In this document: piece after piece, positions 10,946-22,699 of the stretch
Layout of the letters: each line of letters begins with the position of its first letter
Position numbering within the stretch: position 1 is the stretch's first letter
Origin: Eledone cirrhosa
Lineage: Eukaryota
DNA length: 64,000 nt
Direction: 5' to 3'
NCBI GenBank assembly: GCA_964016885.1
Contig: OZ024750.1
Location: 52,328,001-52,392,000 of the forward strand
Translations under genes and position numbers: made by a program
Notes under the pieces: generated by a model
Seen by the model: the letters and a program-made list of their open reading frames with translations, nothing else
Told to the model about the DNA's origin: nothing
The model's database searches: none

Positions 10946-13900
10946 TATATATATATATATATGTATATATTATATTGGCAAAGTTATAAGGAATATTCGC
11001 TATAAACCCGTTTGCTTACAATTACTCACTCGGTGAGATATAGTTTGAATGTATATCAAGCCAAACCTCTCTCTCTCTCAACATCAGCAAGCGTTTTAAG
11101 ACCTTTTTAAAGTAGAAGCTAAACCTTGCCGGGCCCCATAATAGACTTCATACAAATGATAGGGTTCTTTTTTAGGCAATGTTTTATAGCCAGATGATCT
11201 TCCTGACACCAACCAATTTAGTCACATTTCCAAAGTGTAGGGATTCAGTGAATTTGTTCTGAACCGGATATAAACAAGAAATATATTAACAAAGCTGTAT
11301 TTAACAGATATAAATGAATACACTTCTAAAGCAGAGTCTGTATTATCTTTTGAGATTCTTAAAATAGCGGCAGCATTCGAGTATGACATGTATGCCAGGG
11401 GTGGGGGCATAGCACTAACACAGCATGGTTTCCTGTATATTCCTAATGGTTTGCTACCTGTACAGACAGAACTATACTAGTTAAGCATATTAGCTGGTCT
11501 TTATCACTAACGATCTAGCCACCTCTACATGCACTAACACAGGGGGGGGAAATAACTTCTTTCTTTTATGTAAACCCGACCTAATACCAAATGAGCACGG
11601 TGAGGTGGGGCAGTTCTCATCTTTATTACTTTAATAAAGAAACTGTGATAAACATGCCTGTCTTCTTTATTTCCTCTATAAACCTGCACATTTTTTTATA
11701 TTTCCATTTCATTTTCAAATACAATCTTTCGGTTATATAAAACTTGTGTGTAAAACATTTAGCTGCCTCTCCATCCTGGTTTATGTGGAAATACTCCAGA
11801 TTTTTGTTTTCTTCCGATAATACAATACGGAGCTGGGAAATAAAAATCCACATATCACATTTTATTCAGTGTTTTCTTTCTTTTTTTTTTTTTCTTCTCA
11901 TTGATCATTTCACGTTCTTCTGTGTTGGAATGAGTTCCACTGTCAAACCAAATCAATTCTTGATCGGAGTTGCTCACTTCTCTGGCGTTTGTTACTTAAG
12001 GGGAGATAAACAGGTCAAATAGCTTTCGTTTATCTCCCTTTAATCAATGGTCGCTATTTTCTCGAGTATTCACTTTTAGTTTGAAAAGAAAAAAAGTAAT
12101 GATAATTGAGGGCGTTGAGACAAAACAATTATATCCAAGAAAATATAAATTTAGCTGGAGTTTTTTCTTAGATAATGTGATTTGGGTGGGGTTTGAATTT
12201 CATCCAGTACTTGACTGATACTTTATTTCATCATACCTAAGAGAATGAAAGCGAAAGCAGATCTTGGTTGGATTTGAACAGAGAATGTAAAGAGCTGTAT
12301 AATATTTTGGTCGACATTCAATAATAAAAAGATAAAAATTTGAGATTGTCTAAAGAGGTAGGCTAAGAAGCTGTAGTTTCCTGGTCTGGATATCCTGTGT
12401 TGTGACAAGAGTACAAAATAGTAAGTGAATGTAATTCTCATTCACTCGGTTAAACCATTATTGTTTAGTTTATTCAATATACTATAGGGGTGGACCTGTA
12501 ACTACTGTTGAAGTTGTAAGGGTGCTGTCATGGCATACATGTCCTGGCCACTTTAAACCTGATGGAACCCATCTCTAGGTCTAAACACAGCAGATTTCTC
12601 CCAATGAAGGAGAGAGTGAGAGAAGAAAGAATCAACTCCAATCTTGAAGTGGTTTTTTTTTTTTTTTTTTTTTTTTCACCTCGAAAAGATGAAAGGCATG
12701 GTTTAATGAGCAGAAGGATGCTGTGCTGGGAAAAACCTGTCCAACATATGCAAGCCTGGAAAAACAGATTTCAAATGATGATGATGAAAGCACTCTCTTA
12801 TGTTCTGATGGTTCAATCAGTTTGCTACCATGCAATCATTTACTATTAAAAACTAAAATACTTGAGCATTCTCTAAAATACCCACAGCTATTGCACATCT
12901 CTTGAAGAGGGTTTGCAGTGGACAAACCCACAATGTCACGATGTTGTCATTAAACTTGTGCAGCTTATACAAGATTTCAGAGTAAACTTAGTTATCATTT
13001 ACATCTATATTCTCTGATAGTTCAGTGTTGGCTATGTAGTTAGTGAAGGTAGGCCATGACTCAGGATCTCCAAGACTGGTGGGAGGGAATGGGGACGGTA
13101 TCCTCAAGCTGAATACTTGCAACAGAGTGAACTCTTTCTAAAGGTACCCAAGGGCTAAGTGACAGGTTATATCATCATCATCATCATCACCGTTTTACGT
13201 CAATTTTTCCACGCTATGTACTACCTAAATAGGCCACAGTGTGATTTAAACTCAGAATACACACCAAATACCATAAAGCTGAAGAGTATAACAACCAAGG
13301 TAAGAACACTAGTGTGAATACATCAGTACACTGTAAAATGGTGCTGGTGCCATAAATGAACCCAGTACAGTGTAAAGTGGTAGTACCATGATAAAATGGA
13401 GCTAGTACACTCTGTAAGGTGTTGGTATTATTAGTAAGGGCATCCAGCCATAGAAACCATGCCAAATATAGAACTGAGGTAGTTCCAACTTATCTGGTCT
13501 TGGACTGTGATAATATGTCACTGTTGAAAGTTGTCATAAAATTAATTGTTGGTTATGATTCAGACAAAATTTGTGATTGTTTATTTTAAAATTAAATTCT
13601 GTATCTGCATAGTCTCTATGACAACTGGGAGAGGTCTGTTATTACAATATATAAATTTGTAGATTCAGAGACAAAATTCCCACCTGCTACTCCACCATTT
13701 CACACTTGCTGGACAGGTATGTAGAGTGACTTTCTTTTTTTTTCTACTTTTGAGGTGGTGAATTGACAGCGCCACCTAGGGAGTCAAATAGAATATTTAG
13801 TGGTATTCATTCTAGCTCTCTTAAGTTCAAAGTCAACTTTGCTTTTCATCCTTTTCAGGGTCGATAAAGTACCAGTCAAATCCAATCCAGGACCTTCTCA

Positions 13901-14299
13901 CTCCTGTTGGAAGAACCCCTCCCTGGTTGACCTTCATCACTTTGTTTGGTTTTGGTCATGTCTTCAGGGGTGTAGCTGTACTCACCACACTTGGCCAACT
14001 GCAGGTTGGTGAGGCTATTTAACCTATAACTGGGGTCGTTAACTCTGAAGAGTTCATTTGCCCTTTTAATAGCTTTTGTTTTTTATATGGACCAGTCTGG
14101 TGAGAGAGCCACTTTAGTCAGCACTCCAACATGAAGCAGGTTGTAATGGGTTACATGATACCAGTTGCCTGACCTGATGAAATTCTAGGATCAATTTAAT
14201 TAAATTTCTTCAAACTGCTGACCTTATGCCTAAAGAAGGAATCCATATTGTCTTCATCTGACAACTGGCTTCGGTCATGTCTTCAGAAGCTGGATCATT

Positions 14300-15370
14300 G
14301 CAATGTACAGTGACATCTGCTCAATGGTCAAAGTTAATGGCCACCTTTCGCAACCATTTCAGATCTCCCGATCGGTCCGTCAAGGGTGCCCTCTCTCCTC
14401 CCTTCTGTATGTATTGATACTCGAGCCTTTACTGCAGAAGCTGGAGATGTTGCAGGGCATCCCACTTGAACCATAATGCGGATTGGTTGTGTCGGCTTAT
14501 GAGGACATCACCGTGATGATGTTGGCCACCTCGGAAATTGAGGTGGTCAACAACTTATTGGAGGAATATGAAAAGTTGACAGGAGCAAAACTAATCCTGG
14601 AAAAGTCAGTGGGCTTGCAGCTCGGCACCTGGAGAGGCAAGTCCATGCCATCCAACAGCGCTGGACGGACGGACTGGTAAAGTTGCTCAGGGTTTGGTTC
14701 AGACCAGATCTCCAGGTGGATTAGAAATGGGACGAGATGACAATCAGGGTAGCTACTCTCGCCCAGAAATGGGCCAAGAGGAAGCTGTCCCTGAAAGGTC
14801 AGGTGGAGATAACTGTTATCGCGTGTGGTACCGATCCAGCTATCGACCATATCCATAGAGAAGATCACCCCGCCGCCTTCTTTTGACCGAGAAAAGCAGG
14901 CAGTTTTCTTCTGTCTGATAGGTGTAGCAAAAGAGGTTGTGTGGTGGACACGACTGAAAGGTCTCAAGACAGACACTGTCCTCTTCAATGAAGCTCTTGT
15001 CAACTTTTTCAAGTTCCACTTGGAATGAAAGATAAGGGTGGAAAGAGAAATGCTGCCCCCCCCCCCCCCCCCGAACATTTTTTAAAAGGTGGGTAATTGT
15101 TGTGAGAATGGACCCACTCTGAACATGTGCCTGTAGGCTGCAAGGACGGAGGGAGAGAGGAGCGTCTTCCTAGGGTGCTCCTGTAGATGACGGTGGGTTG
15201 GGATGTAGGGGTCCTGACATCACCCCTCGGTGGTATCCCCGATCCCACTCTATTGGGGAATTTGTTTTGTTAATTTTTTTACTCTATTGCATGTAAACCC
15301 CCGCTGTCCCCGTCTTTGTATTGTCCCCTATATTTGTCCCTTGTGGCCAATAAATGAAATATTATTATTA
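14300..15370 (+). mobile_element. Decayed Tx1/L1-like LINE 3' part
   Basis: Motifs SVRQGCPLSPLLYVLILEPLL, VSAYEDITV (degenerate YADD) and EYEKLTGAK...KSVGLQLG are present. The element ends with AATAAA and a (TTA)n tail near 15349-15370. Confidence 0.75.
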
Positions 15371-15371
15371 C

Positions 15372-15580
15372 TGAGGTGGTGGAACGTCAGACAACATGCT
15401 TTGCAGCATAGATTTATGACGTTTTACGTTATGAGTTCAAATCCCGCCGAGGTTAGCTTTGCCTTTCATCCTTACTGGGTCAATAAAATAAAGTACCAGT
15501 TATACACTGGGTCGATTTAATCGACGTACCCCTCCCCCCGAATTGCTGGCCTTGTGCCTATAAACAATTATTACTATTAC
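15372..15580 (+). mobile_element. tRNA-derived SINE (abundant family in this window)
   Basis: GAGTTCAAATCCCGCCGAGG..CTTTGCCTTTCATCC..ATAAAATAAAGTACCAG..TTGCTGGCCTTGTGCC. Other copies occur at about 21080-21275 (+), 21525-21660 (-), 33390-33512 (+), 12200-12300 (-) and 13800-13878 (+). Confidence 0.8.
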
Positions 15581-16429
15581 TCTTAATTTTTGTATACTCC
15601 CCCCTCTCTCTCTTGCTTTAAACCTCACAGCCATGACTGTACCCTTAATTTAATTCTCAAGAAGATTCAGTATGACACAATATGTGAAAAGACTGAGCCT
15701 CTCGATGGTACAATCCAGTTGGTCTTCCATGTCACCAATTTCACTCACAAGATACAATCAATTCATTTACAGCTATGTTGTCATTATTGTTGTTTAACCC
15801 CAGGTCAGCGTCGATTCAACAAGCCTATGATCAAAAGATATGATGCCCAAAATACCCAGCAGTGGGATTGTATCTAGAACTTGTTAATTACAAAACAAAC
15901 CTCTTAATAACTCAGCCACTCAAACATACGACCCGCAAACTACGATTTTTGTGACTATTTTCCTACAACTTAATATTTACAGTACAAATTGTCCCATAAC
16001 CTGTAGTTATGTTGAGAAGGAAGTGTCATCCCTGAAATGTTGACAATGACAGATCATTGTTGTGACACATCAGAGCAAAGAAACTGATGTTTAATTTACT
16101 CATTTAGAATAATCATCTTGTTTTGTTTAATTTGTGGCAGCCCAGAGTGATATGGAGAGTTATGGGCGATATCCAATTTTAGCGGCCTAAATGCCGCTTA
16201 CGTGCCGCTTACTTCAATGTATGAAGCTATTCCAACAAATTTACATTCCCTTTTTTTTAGCCGTTAAAAGAAATATAGATTTATTTATTGTTTTATTTTT
16301 ATTTTTTTATTTGCCACGTTTTTGTTTGTTTGTTTTTTTGCGATTTATTAGCCTTTTGGGGTCACACACACCCCCGTAGAAAGTGTGCGACCTTTCTGCC
16401 AGGGAGCACAGAGAGAGGGGGGTGCTCCC

Positions 16430-16704
16430 TGTGGGTATGGTGTGGCGTGCGGGGGGCGGGGGCGGAGTGCTCGACCGGAAGGAGTTTTTGAGTGCTCGAC
16501 CGGAAGGGGTCTTTGACCGGAAGGATGCTCGACCGGAAGGGCCAGGAGAGGGCCTCTCTCTAGTGGTGACCAGCATACGGTGAGGACGCGTTTTGGGCAG
16601 CTCCCAGTGTTAAGCAGTCGGACGCACGTGGAAGAGGAGTACCTGCAGTGGAATTTAGCGGCGCCTGTGAAAGGCGGTAAGTGAGATGGCTTTTTCTAAC
16701 CACA
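16430..16704 (+). repeat. 5' LTR
   Basis: Direct repeat of 20375-20663 with a handful of substitutions outside the G-tract. Confidence 0.92.
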
Positions 16705-16774
16705 AGCTATTTCGGCGACTAGAAAAAAAAAAAAAAAAGAAAAAGAAAACACTTGCCGCAAAACAAATCAGAAG

Positions 16775-17536
16775 ATGGCGACAAGACTACGGATGAACGA
16801 AGCTATCAGGCCATTCACCGGGGAAGGTGATGTTGTCGCTTGGCTGCGGAAGGTTCGGCTGGTCGCAAGCTTGCAGAAGATAGAAGACGTGGCCGGTCTT
16901 ATTGCATTGTACCTCGAGGGCGACGCGTTGGTACTCTTCCTTGAGTTGGACGAGCACAGCCAAAGAGATGTGCAGAAGATTGAGAGGCGTCTGATGGATG
17001 CATTCTCCGAGGGACCGTTGGCGGCTTTTGCTAAGCTGGCGAGAATCAGGTGGAATGGTGAGCGTGTCGACATTTTCGCAGCGGAAATAAGGCGGTTGGC
17101 TATGTTGGCGGGCTACCAGGCGGAATGCGAACGCACGGTGCGGTTGGCATTCATCAATGGATTTCCGGACGACATAGCGGTGAAACTGCAGCAAGTCCCG
17201 GGGTACAAGGAGATGGAAATGCGTTCACTGGTGGAACAAGCCCGGATCATAGCGGAAGATGCCAAAAAGAGTGTCGCGGCGATAGCGACTACGGAGGCTC
17301 AGGACACCTGGCAGCGAAATGGTCAAAGGGAGGCAACCTCGGCACGCGGCCGTTCGCGAGAATTTAAGGGCCGCTGTTTTAGGTGTCATGACCCGCATAT
17401 GGCTAGAGACTGTAGAGAGTCGAAGCCGGATATAATTTGCTACCGGTGTAAGCGACCAGGCCACATCGCTACTAACTGCGACCAGGGAAACGGTCCAAGG
17501 GGAACTACTGCGCCGGTAGTTGCCCCTTACGAGTAG
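16775..17536 (+). CDS. gag: Gag with two zinc knuckles
   Basis: 253-aa ORF with CFRCHDPHMARDC and CYRCKRPGHIATNC knuckles and an N-terminal PFTG...WL motif. Confidence 0.9.
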   Translation: MATRLRMNEAIRPFTGEGDVVAWLRKVRLVASLQKIEDVAGLIALYLEGDALVLFLELDEHSQRDVQKIERRLMDAFSEGPLAAFAKLARIRWNGERVDIFAAEIRRLAMLAGYQAECERTVRLAFINGFPDDIAVKLQQVPGYKEMEMRSLVEQARIIAEDAKKSVAAIATTEAQDTWQRNGQREATSARGRSREFKGRCFRCHDPHMARDCRESKPDIICYRCKRPGHIATNCDQGNGPRGTTAPVVAPYE

Positions 17537-17542
17537 CGGCGC
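17485..17542 (+). promoter_or_regulatory. -1 programmed ribosomal frameshift signal (slippery heptamer plus H-type pseudoknot)
   Basis: G GGA AAC at 17485-17491 is in X XXY YYZ register of gag. Stem AAGGGGAACTAC/GTAGTTGCCCCTT spans 17497-17528. Loop GCGCCG is complementary to CGGCGC at 17537-17542. The -1 frame is open into pol. Confidence 0.85.
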
Positions 17543-20288
17543 TGCCGGTGGTGGAAGTCTTCGTGAGGGGGAAGCCACAGCGAGCCCGCGTGGATACGGG
17601 CTGTACGACGACACTAGTGACCGCGGGGGTGGCGCAGAGGTGGGGAGGGAAGAGCAGCGTAAGGGCAGTCGACGGCAGGAAAATTGAATGCCGAGGTCGC
17701 AGCGAGATGGAAATAGCGGTACGGGGAAGGACGATAAGGCTTTCCGCCATCGTGGTAGACAGTGTGGTGGATGGGATCGGCGTGGTTATGGGCATGGACG
17801 CGATTGGCCGTCTAGGGAGCGTCACGGTGAACAATGTTGGTGTGTCGTTTGGCGCCGCTGCATCGGTATGCGCTGTGAGTGCGCGACAGGAGAACCAGAA
17901 GGCCCACGAGGAGCAATACCCCGCTTACACTGTACAGGACAAGGACTTCAAGGCCGTGTTTGATGGGCAGCGATGGGTTGTTGAGTGGTACTGGAAGGGA
18001 GAACCACCAGCACTGAAGACCAAAGTGGGCTGCTATCAACACACATTGAAGGGAAACGCTAGGGGCGAGTTCGAGCGAGAAGTAGAGAGATGGATCGAAG
18101 AGGGCATACTGCTTCCCTGGAAGGAGGAGGTGAAGTGCGGAGTATTGCCGTTGATGGCGGTGGTGCAACCCACGAAGAGCAAGGTGAGGCCGGTGCTGGA
18201 CTATCGAGAGCTGAACGAGCACGTGTCATTCCACACGGGTGGCGAGGTCACGGATGTCTGTGGGGAAACCCTGCGTGAGTGGAAACGCATGACGGGGGGG
18301 GGGGGGGGGGGGTTCAGCGATCGTGGATCTAAAGTCGGCTTACTTGCAGTTGCATATAGATGAGAAGCTCTGGCAGTATCAGCTGGTCAGGTATAAGGGC
18401 CGGACATATTGCCTGACCAGGCTCGGTTTCGGGCTGAGCTCCGCACCGAAGATCATGGCGGCGGTCCTCAAGACCGCTCTGGGGAGGGCCGACAAGATAA
18501 AGAGGGCTACTAACTCCTACATTGACGACATCCTAGTGGACGAGTCGGTGGTGTCGACGGCAGAGGTCACGAGCCATTTGCGGAGGTATGGACTGACTGC
18601 GAAGCCATCAGAAGCATTGGAGGGAGGAGCCGCGCTGGGACTTAGGCTACGGCGAGATAAGACGGGCGTTTTGGTGTTCCAGAGGGGAAACGAAGTTCCA
18701 GAACTGGGCCCAAGTATGAATAGGCGGGAGCTTTTCTCGGTGTGTGGAAAGCTGGTGGGTCACTACCCGATCGCTGGGTGGCTCCGGACGGCATGCAGCT
18801 ATGTCAAGAGACGAGCGGGAGGGGTGACTTGGAGTGACAGAGTGGGAGAGAGAACGGTGGCCATGATGCAGGAGATCGTGGGGAGGGTGAAGGCCGACGA
18901 CCCAGTGCGGGGACGCTGGTACGTTCCCAAATCACGGAGCGGGACCGTATGGTGCGATGCCAGCAGCATAGCGCTGGGTGTCACGTTGGAGATAGGAGGT
19001 GTTGAGGTCGAGGATGCAGCCTGGCTTAGAAAGGACGACTGCAGCCACATCAATGTGGCCGAGCTGGACGCGGTGTTGAGAGGGGTGAACCTCGCCCTGC
19101 GGTGGGGGCTGCGCACCATCGAGATACGCACCGACTCGGCTACCGTACTCGGATGGGTAAGATCAGTGCTCACCAGTGAGAAGAGAGTGCGAACGAGAGG
19201 CGCGGCGGAGATGCTGATAAAGCGCCGCCTGGGAACGTTAGGAGAGCTGGCCACCGAGTTCGACCTGAAGCTGAGCGTAGTGTTCGTGCCTTCAGAGAAA
19301 AATAGGGCGGACATCTTAACTAGAGTGAAGAAAGCCTGGATGGAAGCGCCGGAGGAGGTAGAGGATGAGATAGCTGCCGTGTGTCGGCTGACCGAGTTAG
19401 ACCTGAAGGGGTTGCATGACATGCACCACATGGGGGTGGATAGGAGCCTGTTCCTAGCCAGGAGAATCGACTCGGACGTTAGCAGACACAGTGTTCGGGG
19501 GGTGGTTAGAGGCTGCGTCCGATGTCAGTCCATTTATCCCGCCCCGGGTGTACACGAAACGGGAAGCCTCCCGGTGGATCGCGACTGGAAGCGATTAGCG
19601 GTGGATGTGACGCACTACCGGCAGGGAACGTACCTCTCGATGGTCGACTGTGGACCAGGACGGATGGCGATATGGAGGGAGATGAAGACTGGAACGGCCG
19701 AGGAAATCGTGCGGACGTTGAGAGAGGTGTTCTTGGAGCGGGGCCCTGTGGATGAACTGCTGATGGACAACAGCGCAGCGTTCCGCTCGGAGGCGCTGAG
19801 GGGGATGCTCGAGGGATGGAAGGTGGACCGTTTCTTCAGAGCGGCGCACAGGCCGAGCGGGAATGGAATCGTGGAGCGACACCACCGGACAATCAAGGCA
19901 ATGGCGGAGCGGGGCCATATCTCACCAATGGAGGCAGTGTTCTGGTACAACATGTCCCCTCGGGTTGGACAGGTCGAGGAATCGGTGCCACACAGAGCAG
20001 TATTCAAATACGAGTGGCGGCACCCGTGCACGCCACCACAACGGCCAGTGGGGAGAGAGTGCGTTCGTGCAGGTGGGCGAAGAAGTCTGGGTTAAGCCCC
20101 CAGATGCACGGTGCACATCTCAATGGGGAAGGGGAACGGTGACGGCCGTAAATTCAAAGAACAATGTGTCCGTGGACGGGGTACCACGTCATGTCCTGGA
20201 TGTAAGAAGAATCACTGTGTCGACGGACTCCGAGGAAGAGGAAACCCAAGATGAGGTGGAAACCCAGAGCCCTGCCTCAATACTATGA
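17488..20288 (+). CDS. pol: Pol polyprotein (protease, RT, RNase H, integrase) with two frame breaks (about 18300 and 20050)
   Basis: Protease VDTG; RT RPVLDYRELN, DLKSAY, FGLSSAP and YIDDILV; RNase H WCDASS, AELDAV and RTDS; integrase HHCC (HDMHHMG..CVRC), AVDVT, MDNS and NGIVERHHRTIK. The C-terminal VGEEVWVK..W.RG module is in a shifted frame. Confidence 0.9.
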
Positions 20289-20374
20289 AGATCGCAACGA
20301 AGTCGTAGACCACCGACCTGGACGGCAGACTTTCATATGCAGAGGGACGAGGGGGAAATTGATCCTTGAGATCA

Positions 20375-20663
20375 GGGTATGGTGTGGCGTGCGGTGGCCG
20401 GGGGCGGGGGGGGGGGGGGGGGGGGGTGCTCGATCGGAAGGGGTTTTTGAGTGCTCGACCGGAAGGGGTCTTTGACCGGAAGGATGCTCGACCGGAAGGG
20501 CCAGGAGAGGGCCTCTCTCTAGTGGTGACCAGCATACGGTGAGGACGCGTTTTGGGCAGTTCCCGGTGTTAAGCAGTCGGACGCACGTGGAAGAGGAGTA
20601 CCTGCAGTGGAATTTAGCGGCGCCTGTGAAAAGCGGTAAGTGAGATAGCTTTTTCTAACCACA
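20375..20663 (+). repeat. 3' LTR (first 3 nt missing)
   Basis: Homology to the 5' LTR starts at GGGTATGG (20375) and ends CCACA, followed by TSD CTCCC. Confidence 0.9.
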
Positions 20664-22002
20664 CTCCCTTCTTCTCTTACCTGTACAAACCATTTGTTGG
20701 CCGGCGACATATCCCCACAGTTTCCTCGTTCTGGGAATGTAAATATGTTGGAATAGCCTCATACATTGAAGTAAGCAGCAACTACAGCACGTAAGCGGCA
20801 TTTAGGCCGCTAAAATTGGATATCGCCGAGTTATGAATGCGAGATATCATCGTTTATTGTTATGAGGTATAATATAAACGATAAAGGGATATTCAGCTGC
20901 TGTTTGTAGAAAGTCGGGCTTTTTTATAGTCTCATTCGTTCGTCTTTCCTATTGCAAGTCATTCGGACAAATAGAGTTGTGTCCCTTGTTTCGTGAGATG
21001 CCATGTCTCTTGTGACATGAATCTGAAATGTTCAGCTCGTCTGACAGTTAATGATAGGAAATACACCATTATCATTTTCAGGCGGTGGATTGGCAGTATC
21101 GGTAGAGAGTCGGAAGCCATGCTTTGCAGCATAGTTATGGCCCTTTACGGTCTGAGTTCAAATCCCGCCGAGGTTAACTTTGCTTTTCATCCTTACGGGG
21201 TTGATAAAATAAAGTACCAGTAATGTACTGGGGTTATTGCTGGTCTTGTGCCAAAAGTAGAAACAATTATCATTATCATTTCTTTGCTAGCAATGGTTGG
21301 ATGGGACGACACTAACAAGTCATTACTTAATTAAGCCACTGACATCTCGGATGGGCAATCTCGCGTGTATTTTATTGTAACACCAACACGAAGGGGGTCA
21401 CCTCTTTAACACAACTTCAACAGTCCCCTCAAGCCTTTGTTTGGCCAGTTTTCCACAGCTGGATGCCTCTCACTTTATCAGTACCTGAGAAGTTGTTGTG
21501 CCCTTGATATTTATAAATAATTATAATAACTGTTTCTACTTTAGGCATAAGGCCAGCAATTACCCAGTTCATTACTGGTACTTTATTTTATCGACGCCAT
21601 AAGGATGAAAGGCAAAGTCAACCTCGGCGGGATTTGAACTCAGATCGTAAAGGGACGTGACTCTAATAACAATGAGACACAGGGAGAGTCATGGTTAATT
21701 CCACTTCACAACTTCATAGTTTTAGCAAAATGTCTATAGTTACTATAACCTCCAGTTGACTAATTGTGATATTTAGTAGACAGAAACTGTGAAAGACCAT
21801 TGTGTGTGTGTGTATATATATATATGTGCGTGTGTGTGTGTAAAAATTAAACAGAAAAAACAAAGCAAATGGCACAGTACATGGAAGAAATATATTAGTT
21901 TAACACTTGAAATAGCAGCAAGAGAGTCCTAACGTTTCGGACGTTAGTCCTTTATCAGAAGATAGAGTTAGAAATATATCTATCTATCAATCTCTCTCTC
22001 TC

Positions 22003-22036
<34 letters not shown>

Positions 22037-22039
22037 TAT

Positions 22040-22592
22040 ATAAAGTTGCAAGTTTGAAGAATTATTAGATAAAATATATACAGTCTTTCCTCTCCATAGT
22101 CCGTAGAAATCAACCACATAAATAATCATTTAAACGAGGCTATTAGTTTAAAATGTAACTATGAAGAAATAATAGACAAATGATACAAACTATCTTCCGC
22201 GAGGAACAGCCAGGTCTCTTGATAAGCTCCAAGCCTCGTGGATAAATCCAAGATTGGATATATCCGCAAAAAGGAACGAAATTGTCGATAGTCGGGACTA
22301 GAGGAATTTTGGTAAAGTTTATATGCATTTTTTCTTCCAACTTATATTTCAGACCTAACTCCGTTAAGTTGATTATTTGTCTAGGCAAAAGGCTAAAAGG
22401 AATGACTAGGTACATTTTATCTGACTGTCCTTCTCGGAAGTCTGTATCATTTGTCTATTATTTCTTCATAGTTACATTTTAAACGTATAGCCTCGTTTAA
22501 ATAATTATTTATGTGGCTGATTTCTACAGACTATGAGAGGAAATAATATATATATTTTATCTAATAATTCTTCAAACTTGCAATTTTATATA
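22040..22592. repeat. Foldback element: about 175-bp inverted arms around an approximately 200-bp core, in a TA microsatellite
   Basis: 22040-22213 (AAAGTTGCAAGTTTGAAGAATTATTAGAT...CTTCCGCGAGGAACAGCCAG) is the reverse complement of 22421-22592. Confidence 0.85.
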
Positions 22593-22699
22593 TAACTCTA
22601 ATTAATAATTATTTGCTTAATTAATTCTTTATTGAGCCACACCGTGAAAGGTATCCAAACTCATATATGTATGTGACTATGTCTAATTATATATATATC

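Larger units (their letters stand above)
16430..20663 (+). mobile_element. Ty3/Gypsy LTR retrotransposon, near intact
   Basis: Two LTRs with TGTGG...CCACA termini and a 5-bp TSD CTCCC (16425-16429, 20664-20668). Domain order is gag then PR-RT-RH-IN. Confidence 0.95.
16165..20827. mobile_element. Non-autonomous TIR element (MITE, about 420 bp of its own; Merlin-like ends) interrupted by the Gypsy insertion
   Basis: TIRs of about 90 bp start GGCGATATCCAATTTTAGCGGCCTAAATGCCGCTTACGTGC (16165) and end ...GCACGTAAGCGGCATTTAGGCCGCTAAAATTGGATATCGCC (20827). A perfect 8-bp TSD GAGTTATG lies at 16157-16164 and 20828-20835. Confidence 0.88.

Noticed and set aside
16768-20031. Antisense ORFs overlapping Gypsy gag/pol
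   Set aside because: Expected shadow ORFs in GC-rich coding DNA, with no motifs.
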